From: a virus
Length of the DNA stretch: 33,248 nucleotides
Direction: 5' to 3' (one strand)
Virus record (IMG/VR): IMGVR_UViG_3300002098_000021
Position numbers and translations under genes: made by a program. Of this stretch, positions 30,240 through 33,248 are shown piece after piece. Within the stretch, counting starts at the first letter, position 1. Each line of letters starts with the position of its first letter. Below the pieces are notes generated by a model, which worked only from the letters and a program-made list of their open reading frames with translations, did no database searches and was not told where the DNA came from.

Positions 30240-31628
30240 ATGGGTGGCGGTGGCGGAATTTTAAGTCCAATTACAAATGCAATATTCGGGAGTCCTCCTA
30301 GTCCTCCTCCTGCGCCTGACTATACGGCTGCAGCTCAGACTACGGCTGCTGGAAATTTAGCTGCTGCTCAAGCTGCGACTTCTGCAAACAGAGTAAGCCA
30401 ATACACTCCATACGGAAACCTTGTCTATACGCAAAATGGCGTAGATACCCAAGGAAATCCAATGTGGAACGCTACTACTAGCCTTTCTGATGTTGGTCAG
30501 CAACTTTTAAATACTCAAAATCAAACCAGTTTAGGTCTTGGTCAGACAATTAATGCTCAACTTGGCAATGTGCAAAACACAATGGGCCAAGGATTTAACC
30601 CTAATTTGCCGGGCTTAACTTATAGCGGTGGTCAAGCCAATTTAAGTCAAGTTGGACAAGGCCCACAATTTAATCAAGTTGGACAAGCTCAAAATCTGCA
30701 AACTGATGTAAATGGCACAGGTATGCAAGGATGGGATGCTGCAACTGCCCTTATTAATCAGCGTTTACAGCCACAAATGGCTCAAGCTGCTGAATCACAA
30801 AAAGCTCAGTTGGCTAATCAAGGTCTTGTACCGGGAACTCAAGCCTATGACAATGCTATGCGTAGCTTTAATCAAGGGCAAAATGATTTATTGACTCAAG
30901 CACAGCTTCAAGGTGCTAATGTTCAAAATCAAATGTTTAATCAGAATTTACAAGCTGGACAATTTGGAAATCAAGCAATTACTCAGCAAAATTCTAATCA
31001 ACTTGCTAATACTGGATTTAATAATCAAGCTTCTCAACAAGGTTATGCTAACCAGCTATCTGCACAACAAGCTAATAATGCTGCAGCTCAACAAGGATAT
31101 GCAAACAATGTAACTAATGCAAATCTTGGAAATACTGCACAGCAACAAGCTTATACCCAAGCAATGACAAACTACAACTTGCCATTAAATGTCTTGAGCG
31201 CATTGCGTACAGGTGCTTCAGTTCAAAATCCAACATTTCAAAATGTTCCACAACAAGCTACAACTGCTGGTGCTGATGTTCTTGGAGCGCAAACAGCTCA
31301 ATATAACGCTGCTTTAGGAGCTTCTAATGCTTCAGCAGCTCAACAAGCTGGCTTAAATAGCGGATTGATGGGATTAGGCGGTACTTTAGGTGCTGCAGCT
31401 TTGCTTTCTGATATTCGTACTAAAGAAAACATTGTTCAAATTGGCATTGCTGAAAATGGATTGCCTGTTTATATCTACGAATACAAGCCTGAATTTAAAG
31501 CTGAAACTGGCGATGGTAAATTTGTTGGTTATATGGCTCATGAAGTTGAAGATTTCAGACCTGATGCTGTTATTACTAGACCTGATGGCTATAAAGCCGT
31601 TAATTATGGAGTGCTAAATGCTAACTAA
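30240..31628 (+). CDS. Q/N-rich virion protein with a C-terminal Peptidase_S74 intramolecular chaperone domain
   Basis: AAAGGAG RBS. The N-terminus is MGGGGG...SPPSPPPAP, followed by a long Gln/Asn/Ala-rich body with QQGYAN repeats. The C-terminus is LLSDIRTKENIVQIG...YIYEYK...GYMAHEVE...PDAV...DGYKAVNYGVL. Confidence 0.7.
   Translation: MGGGGGILSPITNAIFGSPPSPPPAPDYTAAAQTTAAGNLAAAQAATSANRVSQYTPYGNLVYTQNGVDTQGNPMWNATTSLSDVGQQLLNTQNQTSLGLGQTINAQLGNVQNTMGQGFNPNLPGLTYSGGQANLSQVGQGPQFNQVGQAQNLQTDVNGTGMQGWDAATALINQRLQPQMAQAAESQKAQLANQGLVPGTQAYDNAMRSFNQGQNDLLTQAQLQGANVQNQMFNQNLQAGQFGNQAITQQNSNQLANTGFNNQASQQGYANQLSAQQANNAAAQQGYANNVTNANLGNTAQQQAYTQAMTNYNLPLNVLSALRTGASVQNPTFQNVPQQATTAGADVLGAQTAQYNAALGASNASAAQQAGLNSGLMGLGGTLGAAALLSDIRTKENIVQIGIAENGLPVYIYEYKPEFKAETGDGKFVGYMAHEVEDFRPDAVITRPDGYKAVNYGVLNAN
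31407..31625 (+). other. Peptidase_S74-like autoproteolytic chaperone domain (predicted cleavage at Ser390/Asp391)
   Basis: It has the S-D-x-R-x-K-E-N-I signature and the downstream G(Y/F)xAxEV and DGYxxVNY elements known from endosialidase and tail-fibre C-terminal chaperone domains. Confidence 0.7.
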
Positions 31629-32013
31629 TCCCTACACAGCTTCTTATGCTCCTAGCACTTTTGAGCAAATTTCTCCTGAAGATAAAGCTAATTTAGCTGC
31701 TCGGTATCAAAATACTGGCGGTCAGCAAGCTTTTCAAAATCAGATGAATACTCAAGCAGGTCAGCTTAATCAACAAGCAGCTCAAATTGGTCAAAGTGGT
31801 CAAGGAATTAGCTCATTGAATCCTTTGGCTATGGCTATGGCATTACGCCAAGGCAATAGCAATGTTCAATTACCTACTACAAATACACCTCAAATGACCG
31901 GAGTTGCTGGAATGGGTGATTCTATGGGTACTGGTTTAACTCAAAACTCATTTAATTCAGGTATTGGCTTTAATCCTTCTGCCCAAGCTGGCGGTTATGG
32001 CATCAAATATTAA
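31618..32013 (+). CDS. Small Q/N/G-rich virion internal protein (131 aa)
   Basis: Overlaps the upstream gene by 11 nt. Low-complexity Gln/Asn/Gly composition. Confidence 0.5.
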   Translation: MLTNPYTASYAPSTFEQISPEDKANLAARYQNTGGQQAFQNQMNTQAGQLNQQAAQIGQSGQGISSLNPLAMAMALRQGNSNVQLPTTNTPQMTGVAGMGDSMGTGLTQNSFNSGIGFNPSAQAGGYGIKY

Positions 32014-32022
32014 GGAATAGAC

Positions 32023-33120
32023 ATGGCAGATGAACTTAACCTACAGCAGATGGGAACATTGCCTCCTGAGTTGTATGCTCAGCAGCAGCAATTAAATCGC
32101 CAACAACAAATGGCAAGTATGTTGATGCAACAAAATCAACAGCCACAAGGTCAAATGATTAGTGGGCATTATGTTGCTCCATCTTGGTCTCAGCAATTAG
32201 CTCCTGTAGCTAATATGCTGGCAGGTGCTTATTTGACTAAACAAGGCGATACAAAAGCTAATGAATTAGCTCAAGCTTTAAGAGAAGGTAAAAATACTTC
32301 TGAAGAAAAAATACTGCAAGCATTAACTCCTCAAGCAAATGGTCAGCCTAATTATAGTGAAGCTGCTCGTTTAATTCGCACAAATGAATATGGTGCTGGC
32401 AAAGAATATATGCCACAAATCATTAAAAACTTAGCTCCTGAGTCTCCTGCTTCAGTTCAAGAGTTTAATTATGCTAAAGCTCATCCTGAATACGCTCAAT
32501 ATACATTCCAAAAAGCTCGTGCAAGTGCGCCTAGTATCGTCAATCAAATGGGTGCAAGTGCTTCAGGAAAAATTGGAGACATTCTTGAAGCCTCAAGAGG
32601 AAATGCTGTTAATGCTCAAAATACATTAGTTTCAGCAGATAAAATTCTTGGTGCTTTACAAACTAATCAAGCCGTTACTGGCCCTGCTGCAGAAGCAAGA
32701 TTACAAGGCGTTCAAATTGCTAATTTCTTGGGTGCTGGCGGTAAAAATGATGCTGATAAAATTGCAAATAGTCGTGTTTTATTGCAAGAAACAGCTAAAT
32801 TGGCTTTGGCAGCTCCAGTTAAAGGTCAAGGTTCAGTTGATAGATACGAGCGTGGCTTAATGCAAAAAGCTGCATCCGGTGATTTGAACTTTACACCTGC
32901 TGAATTGGGAATCATTGCTAATCGTGCAAAAGATAACGCAAATTATCAATTACAACAACATAATGATTTATTGAAATCGGCTCAAAATATACCTGAAATG
33001 AGAGCAGTTGTTCCTTTCTATAATGTAAATGCTCCAATGCCAGTAAATAACCAAGCACCTCAAGCCAATCAAAATGTTGGAGCAAATAAAGTTAAATATT
33101 TAGGCCCTGCAAATGACTGA
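32023..33120 (+). CDS. Q-rich virion internal/ejection-like protein (365 aa)
   Basis: AAGGAATAGAC precedes the ATG. It has an N-terminal poly-Q region. The stop overlaps the start of the junction-spanning gene. Confidence 0.5.
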   Translation: MADELNLQQMGTLPPELYAQQQQLNRQQQMASMLMQQNQQPQGQMISGHYVAPSWSQQLAPVANMLAGAYLTKQGDTKANELAQALREGKNTSEEKILQALTPQANGQPNYSEAARLIRTNEYGAGKEYMPQIIKNLAPESPASVQEFNYAKAHPEYAQYTFQKARASAPSIVNQMGASASGKIGDILEASRGNAVNAQNTLVSADKILGALQTNQAVTGPAAEARLQGVQIANFLGAGGKNDADKIANSRVLLQETAKLALAAPVKGQGSVDRYERGLMQKAASGDLNFTPAELGIIANRAKDNANYQLQQHNDLLKSAQNIPEMRAVVPFYNVNAPMPVNNQAPQANQNVGANKVKYLGPAND

Positions 33121-33248
33121 TACATTCGTAGCTAAAGTTCAAATGCCTGATGGAACAGTTGGGCGTTTTGAAGTACCTGTAGGCATGAAACCAGCCGATA
33201 TAGAGCAACAAGCTTTAGATTCGTACATGGCTGGCGGTAGAGCTGAAA
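33113..33248 (+). CDS. 5' end of the large virion internal/ejection-like protein gene, which continues at base 1 across the circular junction
   Basis: The ATG at 33113 overlaps the stop of the upstream gene (atgactga). It reads MTDTFVAKVQMPDGTVGRFEVPVGMKPADIE, in frame with ORF 26..1936 through the 89-bp overlap. Confidence 0.75.
   Translation, partial: MTDTFVAKVQMPDGTVGRFEVPVGMKPADIEQQALDSYMAGGRAE
33160..33248. repeat. Terminal overlap, copy B (identical to 1-89)
   Basis: Same 89 bases as 1-89. The repeat lies inside coding sequence, so it looks like a circular-assembly or circular-permutation overlap rather than non-coding physical ends. Confidence 0.95.

Noticed and set aside
30712-32860. 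Alternative-frame + strand ORFs inside the Q/N-rich genes (30712-30894, 30913-31113, 31390-31617, 32648-32860), and similar ones at 16045-16248 and 27545-27817.
   Set aside because: They are products of the low-complexity CAA/AAT-rich sequence. Their Leu/Ile/Lys-rich translations have no starts with an RBS and lie entirely within better-supported genes.

Overview
The window is one complete, circularly closed dsDNA phage genome of about 33.16 kb. Bases 1-89 are repeated exactly at 33160-33248, and joining the ends restores a split ORF in frame.

Coding is very dense, with about 65 genes and many ATGA/TAATG start-stop overlaps. GC is roughly 40% by eye.

Genome layout:
- One short leftward operon (8701 down to 6535) carries a Cro/YdaS-like HTH, a DUF1376/YdaU-like replication protein with iteron-like repeats inside it, a lambda-P-like protein and small ORFs.
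- Everything else runs rightward from a sigma70-like promoter at 8802-8830.
- Early small ORFs come first, followed by a recombination module: DUF1071/Sak-like annealase, YqaJ exonuclease, a mini protein with an SSB-type tail, a Ref-like HNH nuclease and RusA.
- A tightly coupled trio follows: 2OG-Fe(II) oxygenase, Dps-like mini-ferritin and SAM methyltransferase.
- Three Lys-rich small proteins come next, then TerS, TerL and the portal.
- A Thr/Ser/Gly-rich fibre-like protein and a GT9-like glycosyltransferase are wedged into the head module, ahead of the scaffold, the major capsid protein and a small decoration-like protein.
- The tail hub genes follow, then a GNAT-like protein.
- A block of Q/N-rich internal or ejection-like proteins comes next. 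One of them ends in a Peptidase_S74 self-cleaving chaperone domain.
- Across the junction lie the fibre genes and a free-standing HNH homing endonuclease.
- The rightward series ends with a lysis cassette: holin-like proteins, an Rz-like gene with an embedded Rz1-like lipoprotein gene, and a GH19 endolysin.

There is no tape-measure, sheath or tube gene, which suggests a short-tailed virion. The Rz/Rz1 spanins imply a Gram-negative host. I found no integrase, CI-type repressor, DNA or RNA polymerase, tRNA or CRISPR array.

Most interesting candidates, all hypotheses:
- Virion glycosylation by the head-module GT9-like enzyme next to the Ser/Thr-rich fibre.
- The oxygenase, mini-Dps and methyltransferase trio.
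- An 83-aa protein carrying an SSB C-terminal-tip mimic.
- An origin embedded in the initiator gene.
- A Q/N-rich, S74-processed needle or ejection protein.
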